The notes under the pieces: generated by a model
Seen by the model: only the letters and a program-made list of their open reading frames with translations
What the model was told of the DNA's origin: nothing
Databases searched by the model: none
Made by a program: the position numbers and the translations under genes
IMG/VR virus record: IMGVR_UViG_3300025097_002022
Span: 1 to 64,000 of that record
Source: a virus
Direction: 5' to 3' (one strand)
Length of the DNA: 64,000 nt
In this document: positions 1 to 10,427 of the stretch, piece after piece
Layout: the number at the start of each line of letters is the position of its first letter
Position numbering within the stretch: the stretch's first letter is position 1

Positions 1-2
1 CA

Positions 3-818
3 ACTGACTCACCGGAATCGCAGGCTTTAAAGACTCCAATCGTTGTCACTTGTGACAACGGACAGGGAGGCACTGGTCCATCTGCCGGCGGGGAGTTTTC
101 TCATATAGCTGAAGGAGAAATTATTCGCCAAAGAGAGGAAGTGTGGATCAGAGGGGTAAAACAACCTGGCTACATATATGAATTTGTTATATTTCATGGA
201 CCATACGGTGCTAAAAGAGTGGCAAAACCAGTTGCCGTTTATGTGAAATCAATGATAGCTGCTGCAAAGGCTGATAAAGTAACGCTACGAGTCACTTCGG
301 GATTCCGGACATACGCAAAGCAGGCTGAACTCTACAAGAAATTCCTAATAAAAAAACAACCTCCCACAGCAAAAGCGGGCAGATCCAAACACCAGTCAGG
401 CATAGCTGTTGATTTTAATGTTCATGGAGACAAAGGAGCATATGAGTGGATGGTTAAGAATGCCTACAGATTTGGTTTTGTGCGAACTGTTCCACGTGAA
501 CGCTGGCATTGGGAATATAGAGGCTCATGGCCTGGGCAAGAAAAGCCAGACTGGGCATCGGCTGAATTGGGCATGTTTTCGGTAATTCCAAGATATCATG
601 CGTGCGGCACGGTTCCAAGCATCGGAGGAATTGGTTGGAGTAGTCCAATGGGTAGAAAATATTGGTGGGATGTAGGATATCGCCCACACCTTAAAAAGCA
701 TACCGATAGCGACACCAGAGGGCGCACCAATACTTGGATAGGCGACTGCAACGAGCACCTTCCAGACAAATTTGATCGTGATGATCCAGGCTGGGACAAA
801 AGAGGCCCTTCAGTTTAA
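3..818 (+). CDS. M15-family (VanY/D,D-carboxypeptidase-like) peptidoglycan peptidase domain protein, 5'-truncated; probably baseplate hub-associated
   Basis: Motifs SGFRTYAKQ, AKAGRSKHQSGIAVD (SxHxxGxAxD) and ERWHWEY (ExWH). The frame is open from position 3, so the gene starts before the window. It lies just upstream of the spike/gp25/gp6 genes. Confidence 0.85.
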   Translation, partial: TDSPESQALKTPIVVTCDNGQGGTGPSAGGEFSHIAEGEIIRQREEVWIRGVKQPGYIYEFVIFHGPYGAKRVAKPVAVYVKSMIAAAKADKVTLRVTSGFRTYAKQAELYKKFLIKKQPPTAKAGRSKHQSGIAVDFNVHGDKGAYEWMVKNAYRFGFVRTVPRERWHWEYRGSWPGQEKPDWASAELGMFSVIPRYHACGTVPSIGGIGWSSPMGRKYWWDVGYRPHLKKHTDSDTRGRTNTWIGDCNEHLPDKFDRDDPGWDKRGPSV

Positions 819-826
819 CAAAACTA

Positions 827-834
827 ACTATTTA
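827..834 (+). promoter_or_regulatory. Putative phage late promoter ACTATTTA
   Basis: Intergenic copy of a motif repeated before many structural genes; 5 nt separate it from the ATG at 840. Confidence 0.65.
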
Positions 835-839
835 CTATC

Positions 840-1757
840 ATGAGCAATACTAAAGAATCATTCGATAACAAGAATCTCCCACCCTTGATTGCCTCAATCG
901 CTGAATCTGATGGAACATATTCAAGTGGTGGCGGTACATCCGGCGTTTTCGGAAATACACTTCTGGAGTCTCTTCCAAAATATATTAGATCTCAAAATGA
1001 AAAGGTAATATCAGCCGGAAACTCATCTATTGTTCTCGGCAGAGATAGACCGACATCCAGAGCATCTGGCTACGGTGGTATGGGGCACACCCAGGCAAGT
1101 TCTATCGATATTGTCGTCGGCAGAGGAGGAGCTTCGCCAAAAGGTTCTCTAAACTATGATCCAAATTTCGTAGCAGACGGAGCAAGAATTCACATAAGTC
1201 AAAAGACAGACATTGATAAGAACTTCAATCTCGCTGCAGGAGCGATGGGGAATCCCCTTGCGAGATCCGGCATCGGCATAAAAGCAGATTCAATCAGAGT
1301 TATCGGGCGAGATGGTATTAAGCTCGTAACGAGGACTGAGAACAAAAACTCAAAAGATGGATCTGCCTCTTTTAATGGAATCGAATTGATAGCGTGCAAT
1401 GATGAGACTGACATCCAGTCAATCGTAAAAGGAGAGAATCTTGTAGAAGCTCTCTCCGAGTTAGAAGCTCGTCTTGCCGAACTTAGTTCAGTTGTGTTAA
1501 ATCACTTAAAAGATCAGTTACAGTTTAATTTAAAAGTGGTGTCCCACACGCATCAAGGAATGGCAGGTCCGCTACCTGTAGCTACGATTCCAGCACTCTC
1601 GCTTATCCCTGCCGGTATTAACGCCACGACTGATGCCATGGAAGGTATGGTTGATAATTTCAAACACAGAATAAACACGAATATTATTTGGAAGACAAAA
1701 TATCTAAACTCAGCATCAAATAAGTATATTTGCAGCAGATACAATAAGGTGAATTAA
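840..1757 (+). CDS. Putative baseplate central spike (gp5 C-terminal/gpV-like) protein
   Basis: Gly/Ser-rich beta-strand character, an HxH motif (SHTHQG) typical of spike tips, and position between the peptidase and gp25. Confidence 0.5.
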   Translation: MSNTKESFDNKNLPPLIASIAESDGTYSSGGGTSGVFGNTLLESLPKYIRSQNEKVISAGNSSIVLGRDRPTSRASGYGGMGHTQASSIDIVVGRGGASPKGSLNYDPNFVADGARIHISQKTDIDKNFNLAAGAMGNPLARSGIGIKADSIRVIGRDGIKLVTRTENKNSKDGSASFNGIELIACNDETDIQSIVKGENLVEALSELEARLAELSSVVLNHLKDQLQFNLKVVSHTHQGMAGPLPVATIPALSLIPAGINATTDAMEGMVDNFKHRINTNIIWKTKYLNSASNKYICSRYNKVN

Positions 1758-4700
1758 ATGAGCTACTCAGAAGATTGGAGACTGGGAAACGAGTGTTTTC
1801 CCTTCGAAGACGATCATAGTCTATACATTGTTATTGAAAGCGAATATGAAACTCCCGGAAATGAAAAGGATAAGAGATTATCAGAAGCAGTTCTTGATGG
1901 AGTTTTTAAGCTACTGAGATTCTATGGAAAAGATACAACGGCTGTATATGATCTGTCCGGAACTTCTCTTGCGAAAGAATATTATGTGTCTTTGCGCCCT
2001 TGTGTTCGCATGAGAGTGTTGGTTTCAGTTCCAAAGAATGAGTTCGAACTAATAAGCGACGATCCCTCTTCTTGCAATGTCAACAAGCCTGCGGAAGGGT
2101 ATCTATCTGCATTTGTTGATGTCGCCACTGTCACCCAACAAATAGAGACTGCTGCTTCTGGAATAGAATCTCTCATTCCAAAGTTGATAAAGTCTGATAA
2201 ATTCATTTCAAATGTCAACATACCTCGCGAAGTAAAACGACTAAGAGCAGCAGGACGCGCCATCCGGAGATATATAGATTTGAATAACATAGCACCGCAA
2301 ACTCCGCTGGATCCAGAATGTGTTCAGCCAAATGAGGTTGATAGAACATTGGAAATCGGATTTACATTTGACTACAATGCTGTCTTTGCGCTTGTCGATG
2401 AAGAGCAATACACAATAGGCTATGATTGCTTTCTTCAATCTTCGGAATTAAATCATATCACAAGTATAAATTATCTTACGAGATTGAACTCGATAATTGA
2501 AGGGCTACAGTTAAAAAATGAAGCAAGCTTTAGTGTATTTGATTTTCTATCAAAGCATACTCTCCCCACTCCAGTAATTGAAACAAAACAATCCTCATTG
2601 GATGGTTTAGACAAATATGATGAAAATGGAAATCTATTTTCTTTCGCAAATATTGCCAAGCTCCTCACATTGGACTTAGATATTGATCTCTGTAAAACAG
2701 ATGAAGAGAAGGCAAAGGAAGATAAAGAGTTGTGGAATTCTCAAATAAGAAGAGAAGTGGCAAAAACAACAAGGGAGACTTCAGAATTTGTTGGAAACAT
2801 GAAGTTGTCTACTGGAGGAGTCGAGAAGCTTAGGCGACGACTAAGGGGAGTGAAACACAGTGTCACCTCAGACGGCGGAGAATTTGGGTTTAAAGGACAA
2901 GAGGCAGTAGGGATAATCTACAACGATGTGATGGCGAAGGTTGATCTCGGATGCGTATTAGAAGAAACGATTCAATGTCTTTTGGAAAACTCGATATCAG
3001 AATTCGGAGAATGGGCTCTTAACGATCCTGATTTAGAGAAGGTTCTAAGAGTGCAGAGCGTTACCGGATTATCTGATGGCAACTGCGATGTAAAGAAATG
3101 CGACGGCACCCCGGATATTGGATGGAAAATAGGACTGCCTGCCTTTCAGGGAATCAATATTCCATCCAACTTTCCAACGACGGACTGGCTCGCAGAATCA
3201 ATGGACGCCGCCCTCGTATCTCTCTATAATACTTTAATAAGTTCTTTGACATCTCTGATTCTTGGGATACTTGAAGGACTATGCGAACTTCTCTTTTCAT
3301 ATCCCGATGGATTTTCAAGAATCTCAGAAGGATTTAAAAGTTGGTTTTCACAAACTCTCGGAATCAACATTGATGACTTGTCTAATCCAGACACATGGTC
3401 CGCAGCATTAACGTCTGCTGGCGGCAAGGGCTTCCTCGGCGTTATCGGAAACACTGTTGCTAAAATGGAAGGTTCTTTGAGTTCCGCATACTCTGAGACT
3501 GGAATCGCAGTTAGGATACCAAATCCAGAAACAGGCGAAATAGAAGAGAAATTCATATCACCAGAATTTCTTGTAAGTCTCATGTCGGAGATATCCACTG
3601 CCGTCGATGATATGGAAGCGGTTTTATCAGAAACAGAGTCACAGGCAGTATTGAAAGGCACAGCCACCGACGAAGTTGTAGAAGTTTGTTATAAGTGTGT
3701 GACTCGTAATGGAAGTAATATTTTCCAATCAAAAGAAGACTTTGTAGACATCATGTCCGGGATTGGAAATATGGTCCAGCCCAAGTTCTTAACACAAAAA
3801 ATTGATGAGCAGAATTCCATTTCATCAAATATTTGCGATATTGGAGACGGCTCTAATCAGAAAATCCTTCGAGAAACTTTATTACAAGAGAAGGACTCAA
3901 GCCTTAGTTCGGAAGAAGTCGAGGAGATTCTAAATAAAGAAAAGCAAAGAAAGAAGAATAGAATTTTAGCTGCATCAGAAACGCTGGAGATGTATAAAGC
4001 TGGCAGGCTCGCTCCTTCATTTCCGAATATCTTTGGCGAGGGTGGACTAATACCAGAAACGCCTCCTGTAATAGAAGAACTAAATAACTTGATATCCAGA
4101 GCTTCTTTTGATTCTGTAATAACTAATTTTAGTATCGAGTCTTCTGAATATCCTAAGATCTGGACAAGTCTCTTTAACGATAACTCTCCGATGGAACCAT
4201 TCGACTCTATCATTGTTAATAGCAATAGTGGCAGATATAGACTTGGATACACCCCCGAATCCAAGGAGACTGTTCCAACAGCAGAGTATAATGCGTACAC
4301 ACTTGGTCCGTATGCCTTTGGAAGCGACATTGATATAACCGGCATTGCCAAAGAGGGCTCAACCAAAAATCCCTATGGCGGCGAGGAAAAAGACGACGCA
4401 CTTTTTGAGAAACTTGTCAAGGATTTAGAACCATATGTTGCATCTTCTACCCACACATTTGGGAATGAGCGGTTTAAGAGCCCCTTTGCAAAAAGCATAG
4501 GCGGCAGCAGAAGCCTCGGGCACACGGGCGATCAAGTCGGAACATTTGATGCCACCAATGGAATTTCAGGAGCACGAGCATATGCATATTTGTTAATGAA
4601 AGAAATGGATACCTACCAAGAAGGCGGCGATGTGGACAGCCCATCCACTAATCCATATTGGGGAGAAGTCTTCAAAGGTCAAGACAACCAAATATTTGAT

Positions 4701-6674
4701 CTCACGGTTAGCTATGATGGTATCAACGTGACTGTGATTGTTAAAACTTATTTAGGAGAAGAGCCAGCAGATATTGTACGAGATACTGCTTGGTATAATA
4801 ACCTTGTTGAAGTAGAGGTAAACGCCTATGGCACGGAAACAAAACCTTTATCTCTTAGACAAACATCCGAGGATTATTATATAAGCAACAACGCTTCCTT
4901 TATCGGAAGACAAGTTTCAACCGGAAGATTGAATACGCAGGAGTATAAATATTCTAATTTATCGCTTGACACACTTACGGATGTAGTAAATCCAGAGATA
5001 ACCTATGGGGCGGACTCCAATGAAGAGGTTTTGTACGAATGGGCGGAACTGATTGCCGGACGTAATATAAGAGAAGGTATTTTAGAACAATTTGCAACTC
5101 ACATCGCCAGCGGGAAATATTCATCTCTTTTCACCAATGCCTATTCTCCCATTCAAGCCATATCTTTAACATATCCCAAAAATGATATTTTAGATTATTC
5201 CTCTCTTATTGATTTCTCCAGCGACTTCTCATCATTTCTTATTTCCAAGTCTTTAAGCGGAGAGTATTGCGATACAATAAGCACCATCAGGCGTGCAAAT
5301 GCAATTACTGGGGTAAGAATGCTTGTCCGACTGTTTATTGTTGAGCGTGCTCTTGCATCTATCCAAGTTCTTAATGGATTTGACATTGCATTTATGGAAA
5401 ATGACTTATTCGCATCCTCTCTTTATAAAATATTCAAAACAGAAATGAAGGAATATGAGAACAGTTTCGACAACATTGAGGGAAGTTTGTTTAGCGATAT
5501 CAAATCCAATGCCTTGAAGTATTATGAAATATTGAATTCCGGAGGCGGAAATGTCGAGATACCAGCTACTGAAAAGGATGCTCTGAAGAGAATGTTCTCA
5601 GAAGAAATTGAGAATCTAAGACAACCGATAATCGATAATTTAAAATTAAAATGGGATTCTTCCACTTGGGATGGATTCTTGATTAAAGTAATATTCGGAG
5701 AAATTGATGACTTAGATGAAGTTTATAGTAAGGACACCATTCTGTCATTTGGAACAGGTGGGGAAAGCTTTGTTTTCAAGCGAGACAAGACAGAAGGAAA
5801 AAGTGAAACAATATATAGTTACAGCCTATCATATGTCAAGCTTGAGCAAGATGGGACAAATTTAAATATTGTAGACTTGCCAGTAATTTCAGTAGAGTGC
5901 TCTGGAGAGAACCTGGAAGTCTCTGTCGATCCCGTTTCCTCGGAAATCGAAGCGATAGTGAAAGAATATGGTCCGTATAATTTTGGAAAGAAAGTTAGCC
6001 TTGGAATGTTCGGCGAGAAGCCAGATGTCCTCCTTGCGAATACGATGTCTAGTGAGATTCCTGTGGGCAAAAATGTAGCTATTACACCAGCACTGGAGTG
6101 GTTAAAAGAAAAATCAGAATCTGATGCTGATAAAGATAATGCAGATAAAACAGGATCACGATATATAAAGAAAAGGGCATATTACCTCGGCGATATAGAT
6201 TATGATTGGATCGCTGATATAACATATCCATTACGAGATACAGCTAGTCGAGAGAAGTATGATCAAGAGATATTTATAACAATAGTTGCAACAGACAGTA
6301 CTCCAATACGCGAAGCAGAAGAGAAAAGAGAGGCAGAGATCACTGAAGAAGAAGCCAAGATCGCCGAAAAAGAAAACGAAATCTACTCCAACTTGCGAGA
6401 CATGATGATCGAGACAAGAGAATATCAAGTACTGTTTAATGACATTCTACCAATAAAAGACATGATTTCTTCCCTTTCTCTGTATGAATATTGCGCTCTA
6501 TCAGATACAACGGTTTACCCAGAGGTATCAGAAGCAGGTATAAACTTGGCTGATATGTTAGCCAAAACAAAACTTTCAACATTACAAATATTTGCAAGTT
6601 CTATCTATGGCAGCAAGAAGATATCATATACAGATCCGTTTCTTGAAAAAGCCGGGACAGATAATGTAGCTTGA
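1758..6674 (+). CDS. Large hypothetical protein (1638 aa), acidic and Cys-containing, probably baseplate-associated
   Basis: Long ORF abutting the upstream stop, inside the baseplate block; no domain recognised. Confidence 0.6.
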   Translation: MSYSEDWRLGNECFPFEDDHSLYIVIESEYETPGNEKDKRLSEAVLDGVFKLLRFYGKDTTAVYDLSGTSLAKEYYVSLRPCVRMRVLVSVPKNEFELISDDPSSCNVNKPAEGYLSAFVDVATVTQQIETAASGIESLIPKLIKSDKFISNVNIPREVKRLRAAGRAIRRYIDLNNIAPQTPLDPECVQPNEVDRTLEIGFTFDYNAVFALVDEEQYTIGYDCFLQSSELNHITSINYLTRLNSIIEGLQLKNEASFSVFDFLSKHTLPTPVIETKQSSLDGLDKYDENGNLFSFANIAKLLTLDLDIDLCKTDEEKAKEDKELWNSQIRREVAKTTRETSEFVGNMKLSTGGVEKLRRRLRGVKHSVTSDGGEFGFKGQEAVGIIYNDVMAKVDLGCVLEETIQCLLENSISEFGEWALNDPDLEKVLRVQSVTGLSDGNCDVKKCDGTPDIGWKIGLPAFQGINIPSNFPTTDWLAESMDAALVSLYNTLISSLTSLILGILEGLCELLFSYPDGFSRISEGFKSWFSQTLGINIDDLSNPDTWSAALTSAGGKGFLGVIGNTVAKMEGSLSSAYSETGIAVRIPNPETGEIEEKFISPEFLVSLMSEISTAVDDMEAVLSETESQAVLKGTATDEVVEVCYKCVTRNGSNIFQSKEDFVDIMSGIGNMVQPKFLTQKIDEQNSISSNICDIGDGSNQKILRETLLQEKDSSLSSEEVEEILNKEKQRKKNRILAASETLEMYKAGRLAPSFPNIFGEGGLIPETPPVIEELNNLISRASFDSVITNFSIESSEYPKIWTSLFNDNSPMEPFDSIIVNSNSGRYRLGYTPESKETVPTAEYNAYTLGPYAFGSDIDITGIAKEGSTKNPYGGEEKDDALFEKLVKDLEPYVASSTHTFGNERFKSPFAKSIGGSRSLGHTGDQVGTFDATNGISGARAYAYLLMKEMDTYQEGGDVDSPSTNPYWGEVFKGQDNQIFDLTVSYDGINVTVIVKTYLGEEPADIVRDTAWYNNLVEVEVNAYGTETKPLSLRQTSEDYYISNNASFIGRQVSTGRLNTQEYKYSNLSLDTLTDVVNPEITYGADSNEEVLYEWAELIAGRNIREGILEQFATHIASGKYSSLFTNAYSPIQAISLTYPKNDILDYSSLIDFSSDFSSFLISKSLSGEYCDTISTIRRANAITGVRMLVRLFIVERALASIQVLNGFDIAFMENDLFASSLYKIFKTEMKEYENSFDNIEGSLFSDIKSNALKYYEILNSGGGNVEIPATEKDALKRMFSEEIENLRQPIIDNLKLKWDSSTWDGFLIKVIFGEIDDLDEVYSKDTILSFGTGGESFVFKRDKTEGKSETIYSYSLSYVKLEQDGTNLNIVDLPVISVECSGENLEVSVDPVSSEIEAIVKEYGPYNFGKKVSLGMFGEKPDVLLANTMSSEIPVGKNVAITPALEWLKEKSESDADKDNADKTGSRYIKKRAYYLGDIDYDWIADITYPLRDTASREKYDQEIFITIVATDSTPIREAEEKREAEITEEEAKIAEKENEIYSNLRDMMIETREYQVLFNDILPIKDMISSLSLYEYCALSDTTVYPEVSEAGINLADMLAKTKLSTLQIFASSIYGSKKISYTDPFLEKAGTDNVA

Positions 6675-6675
6675 A

Positions 6676-6683
6676 ACTATTTA
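6676..6683 (+). promoter_or_regulatory. Putative late promoter ACTATTTA(TA)
   Basis: Intergenic; followed by a GAGGAG SD and the gp25 ATG. Confidence 0.7.
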
Positions 6684-6701
6684 TAAGAGGAGAAGTGTTA
6701 G

Positions 6702-7103
6702 ATGCCGGGATTATCGCCAAAATTGCCACTAAATATAGATCAGGTTGACGGATATTCTTTGAACAAGACGTTCAAGCAATTATCGAGACAGAATCTAAAG
6801 ATGGTGATTATGACAAATCCCGGAGAAAGAATAATGATTCCTGATTTTGGAGTTGGCATCAAGACATATCTGTTCGAAAATGCAACCCAGGCAACGTTTG
6901 ATGAAATTGAAGATGAAATAAAAGATCAGGTATCAAAGTATTTACCATATATGATAATTAATTCAATACAATTTAATTCTGAGCAAGTTGGCATCAACAT
7001 GTCTGAGTTAGAAACCTCATCGACTTCAAACTATGTCAACTTGCAAATAAAGTATAGCATACCTTCATCGTTCATTTCCGACGAATTAAATCTTAAAATT
7101 TAG
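6702..7103 (+). CDS. gp25: Baseplate wedge/sheath initiator, gp25 (GPW_gp25) family
   Basis: Signature TNPGERIMIPDFGVGI..LFE, 133 aa, directly upstream of the gp6-like gene. Confidence 0.92.
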   Translation: MPGLSPKLPLNIDQVDGYSLNKTFKQLSRQNLKMVIMTNPGERIMIPDFGVGIKTYLFENATQATFDEIEDEIKDQVSKYLPYMIINSIQFNSEQVGINMSELETSSTSNYVNLQIKYSIPSSFISDELNLKI

Positions 7104-7142
7104 TTTTTCACATATTTATTATCAAATAGGGGATCCCTTTTC

Positions 7143-8945
7143 GTGGCGAGAAAACAAGAAAATGTCAAAATAAATTATCTAAGCAGAGACTTTGAGACAA
7201 TCAAGTCTGAATTGGTAGAGCACGCAAAGAGATATTACCCAGATACTTACCGCGACTTCTCCGACGCCGGATTTGGATCTCTAATGATGGACGCCGTTTC
7301 TTATATCGGCGATATTCTATCTTTCTACTTAGACTATCAGGCAAATGAGAGCTTTCTTGCTACGGCGATTGAATATGAGAATGTCCTAAAGCACGGACAG
7401 ACAGTTGGATATCGATATCAAGGTGCTCGTTCCACTTTTGGAGACGTGTCTCTCTACATTATTGTCCCTGCCAACACCTCTGCAACCGGTCCTGACTTGT
7501 TGTATGCCCCTAAGCTCAAAGCTGGCTCCTCTTTCTCTGGCGGAGCTTCTTCTGCCTTCACTCTTCTTGAAGATGTTGATTTTGCCGATCCTACAAACGA
7601 AGTCGTCGTCGCAACTACAAATGCGACAACTGGAGTTCCAATAGATTATGCAATCAAGACAACCGGACAAGTTATTTCCGGAGAATTGAGAATAAAGATA
7701 TTTGAAATTTCAAACTTCGTCAAATTCAGAACATTATCAATCCCATCCAATACTGTGACGGAAGTTGTTTCTGTGATGGATTCAGAGGGAAGACAATATT
7801 ACGAAGTAGATCATTTATCTCAGAATACGATATATGTTCCAGTTTATAATACCGACTCAACTACGAGAGTTCAAGCCCCGACAATCATGAAGCCGTTTAT
7901 TGTCCCAAGGCGATATATTATCAGAAGAGATTTGTCTCAAACAAATATTACTTTCGGCTACGGCTCAGACTCTCAATTGAGCGCCCCGAGCTTAGTAAAT
8001 ACTCGCGACGTTGTTCTTGATTTGCATTCCAAGACATATGTGACAGACATGGCAATGGATCCGACTATCCTGATAAAGGGAGATAAATTCGGCATAGCTC
8101 CAGCGAACACAAGCTTGACAGTGAAATATCGAGAGAACACTTCAGAAAACTCCAATGCAGCGGCAGGCACTGTCGATGCTGTCATAAACTCTTCTTTTGA
8201 ATTCGCAAACAGAGTGTCCCTTAATTCATCTAAGATGCTGTCAGTCCAAAGCTCTCTTGAGGTGAGTAATGAATTTCCAATTCAGGGAGAGGCTGCCACT
8301 CCAAGTCTCGAAGATCTTAAATACTTGATATCTGGAGCGCATGCTTCTCAGAATAGAGCAGTTACTGCCGAGGACTTCAAAACTCTCGTTCTCTCAATGC
8401 CTCCTAAGTTCGGCGGAGTTCAGAAATGCTCTGTCATTCAGGACGTTGACTCTAACTTGAGAAATATCAATATCTATGTTATAAATGAATCTCCAAATGG
8501 ATTTCTTGAACAAACAAACTTGACATTGAAAGAAAATATCAAGACTTGGCTCAACACAAAGAGGATGATAAACGATTCAGTTGACATTCTTGATGCCAAG
8601 GTTGTTAACTTGGGCGTAAAGTTCTCCGCCCTTGCATCCTACGGAGAGAATAAGAGTGTGGTATTTGACTCCGTGATGGAGAGAATGACTGACTTCTTTT
8701 CTACGAAGCTTGACATAGGCGAACCCTTCAGTATCACTGAAATATATTCTCTCATCAACGCCACGCCAGGTATCGTCGATACGATATCTGTAAAAGTATT
8801 TCAAAAGACAGGGGCGGGATATTCTTCTGTCAACTTTAATGTCAAGAATGAAACAACTCCTGACGGCAGATTTATCAGAGCGCCAAAGAATGTCATTTTT
8901 GAAGTGAAGTTCCCCAGTGCAGATATTCAAGGGACGATTAAATAA
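7143..8945 (+). CDS. gp6: Baseplate wedge subunit gp6 (baseplate J-like)
   Basis: N-terminal RDFETIK..L..YPD..DFS..G..MMDAVSYIGD.LSFY.D.QANE.FL.TA and later SQNRAVTAEDF; follows gp25. Confidence 0.9.
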   Translation: MARKQENVKINYLSRDFETIKSELVEHAKRYYPDTYRDFSDAGFGSLMMDAVSYIGDILSFYLDYQANESFLATAIEYENVLKHGQTVGYRYQGARSTFGDVSLYIIVPANTSATGPDLLYAPKLKAGSSFSGGASSAFTLLEDVDFADPTNEVVVATTNATTGVPIDYAIKTTGQVISGELRIKIFEISNFVKFRTLSIPSNTVTEVVSVMDSEGRQYYEVDHLSQNTIYVPVYNTDSTTRVQAPTIMKPFIVPRRYIIRRDLSQTNITFGYGSDSQLSAPSLVNTRDVVLDLHSKTYVTDMAMDPTILIKGDKFGIAPANTSLTVKYRENTSENSNAAAGTVDAVINSSFEFANRVSLNSSKMLSVQSSLEVSNEFPIQGEAATPSLEDLKYLISGAHASQNRAVTAEDFKTLVLSMPPKFGGVQKCSVIQDVDSNLRNINIYVINESPNGFLEQTNLTLKENIKTWLNTKRMINDSVDILDAKVVNLGVKFSALASYGENKSVVFDSVMERMTDFFSTKLDIGEPFSITEIYSLINATPGIVDTISVKVFQKTGAGYSSVNFNVKNETTPDGRFIRAPKNVIFEVKFPSADIQGTIK

Positions 8946-10426
8946 TGGGAATCAAGAGATATACAGCAAACGCTGATACAACAATAACTAACGCATACAA
9001 GACAAACTTAACGACTCGCGCCACCTCCTCCAACATGGGCTTAGCTGATTCCCTTGCAATCTTCCATATCTATGGACAAGAGACGGCAACCTCCAGCGAG
9101 CTTTCTCGTGTCCTTATCGACTTCCCAATTTCTTCAGACATCGCCTCTGATCGCTCTGCTGGGCTTATTCCAGCCAGCGGTTCCGTCAATTGGTATCTCC
9201 GAGTATTCAACGTCGTCCATCCAGGCACACTCCCTCGCAATTATAACATGACTATCTCCGCAATCTCTCGTTCTTGGGACGAGGGAACTGGACTGGACAT
9301 GGAGGGCTACACCGACACAGGATACGCCAACTGGACTTCTGCAGCAAGCTCATCCGGCGGAATTACTAATTGGACTGCAGCCGGCGGTGATTATCACGCC
9401 ACCCCCACATATACCGCTCCCTTTGTAAATGGAACTGAAGACATTGAGCTTGACATTTCAGAACTTGTTGAGCAATGGATTAAAGGCGACGCAGGAGGCG
9501 GACAAGATACTTATGGCGTCGGAATCAAATTGGAGAATGAATCAGCCTTCTCATCTTCATATACTAAGATGTTCTCTGCCCGAGACTCCGAATACTTCTT
9601 CAAGCGCCCAGTTCTCGAAGCCCGCTGGAACTCGGCAACAAAGGACGACAGAGGCAACTTCTACTACAGCAGTTCTCTCGCTCCAGCAGTAGACAACCTC
9701 AATACACTTTACCTTTACAACCATGTTCGAGGGAGACTCACAAACATTCCTTCAATTGGAACAGGCGAGATCCTCGTCTCCGTTTACAGTGGCTCAACCA
9801 ATAACACCGCACCCTCTGGCTCCAAGCTCTTGCTCGCAGCAGGGGGAGGGGTTGTAGCCGACTTGGACACTAACGCCACAGGCGGATATGTCTCCACCGG
9901 AATTTACTCCTGCTCATTCGCAATCACGGGCGCATCTACTCCTCTGTCTCACTTGTTTGATGTATGGCACGGTGCTACTACCGAATACTTCACTGGCTCC
10001 GCGATTAAACCCAAGACACTTTCAGCGGGCTCTCACAACCCATATTCGAAGCATGTCATGAACGTCACGAATCTCCGAGATGTCTATTATCGCAATGAAA
10101 CCGCACAGTTCCGACTCTTCACGCGACAAAAAGACTGGAACCCAACCATCTACACGAAAGCCGTCGCTGCCCCTGCTGTTCAAATTGTTGAAAGCGGATC
10201 CTTTAAGATAGTTAGACTCACTGATAACTTTAGCGCAATTCCGTTTGGAACAGGCAGCGAGTTACATACCCAGCTATCCTTTGACTCCAGTGGCAGCTAC
10301 TTTGATCTGGACATCTCAATGCTTCAAGCAGGATACGCATATGGAATTAAGTTCGCATTTTATGACGCCGTAGTTGGAACTTGGAATGAATATCCAGACT
10401 TGTTTAAGTTCAGAGTAGAGGAATAA
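8945..10426 (+). CDS. Virion/baseplate structural protein (DNRLRE-like N-terminal domain)
   Basis: SWDEGTG..NW..W...GGD and DISELVEQWI..GVGIK pattern; start overlaps the gp6 stop (TAATG). Confidence 0.55.
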   Translation: MGIKRYTANADTTITNAYKTNLTTRATSSNMGLADSLAIFHIYGQETATSSELSRVLIDFPISSDIASDRSAGLIPASGSVNWYLRVFNVVHPGTLPRNYNMTISAISRSWDEGTGLDMEGYTDTGYANWTSAASSSGGITNWTAAGGDYHATPTYTAPFVNGTEDIELDISELVEQWIKGDAGGGQDTYGVGIKLENESAFSSSYTKMFSARDSEYFFKRPVLEARWNSATKDDRGNFYYSSSLAPAVDNLNTLYLYNHVRGRLTNIPSIGTGEILVSVYSGSTNNTAPSGSKLLLAAGGGVVADLDTNATGGYVSTGIYSCSFAITGASTPLSHLFDVWHGATTEYFTGSAIKPKTLSAGSHNPYSKHVMNVTNLRDVYYRNETAQFRLFTRQKDWNPTIYTKAVAAPAVQIVESGSFKIVRLTDNFSAIPFGTGSELHTQLSFDSSGSYFDLDISMLQAGYAYGIKFAFYDAVVGTWNEYPDLFKFRVEE

Positions 10427-10427
10427 C

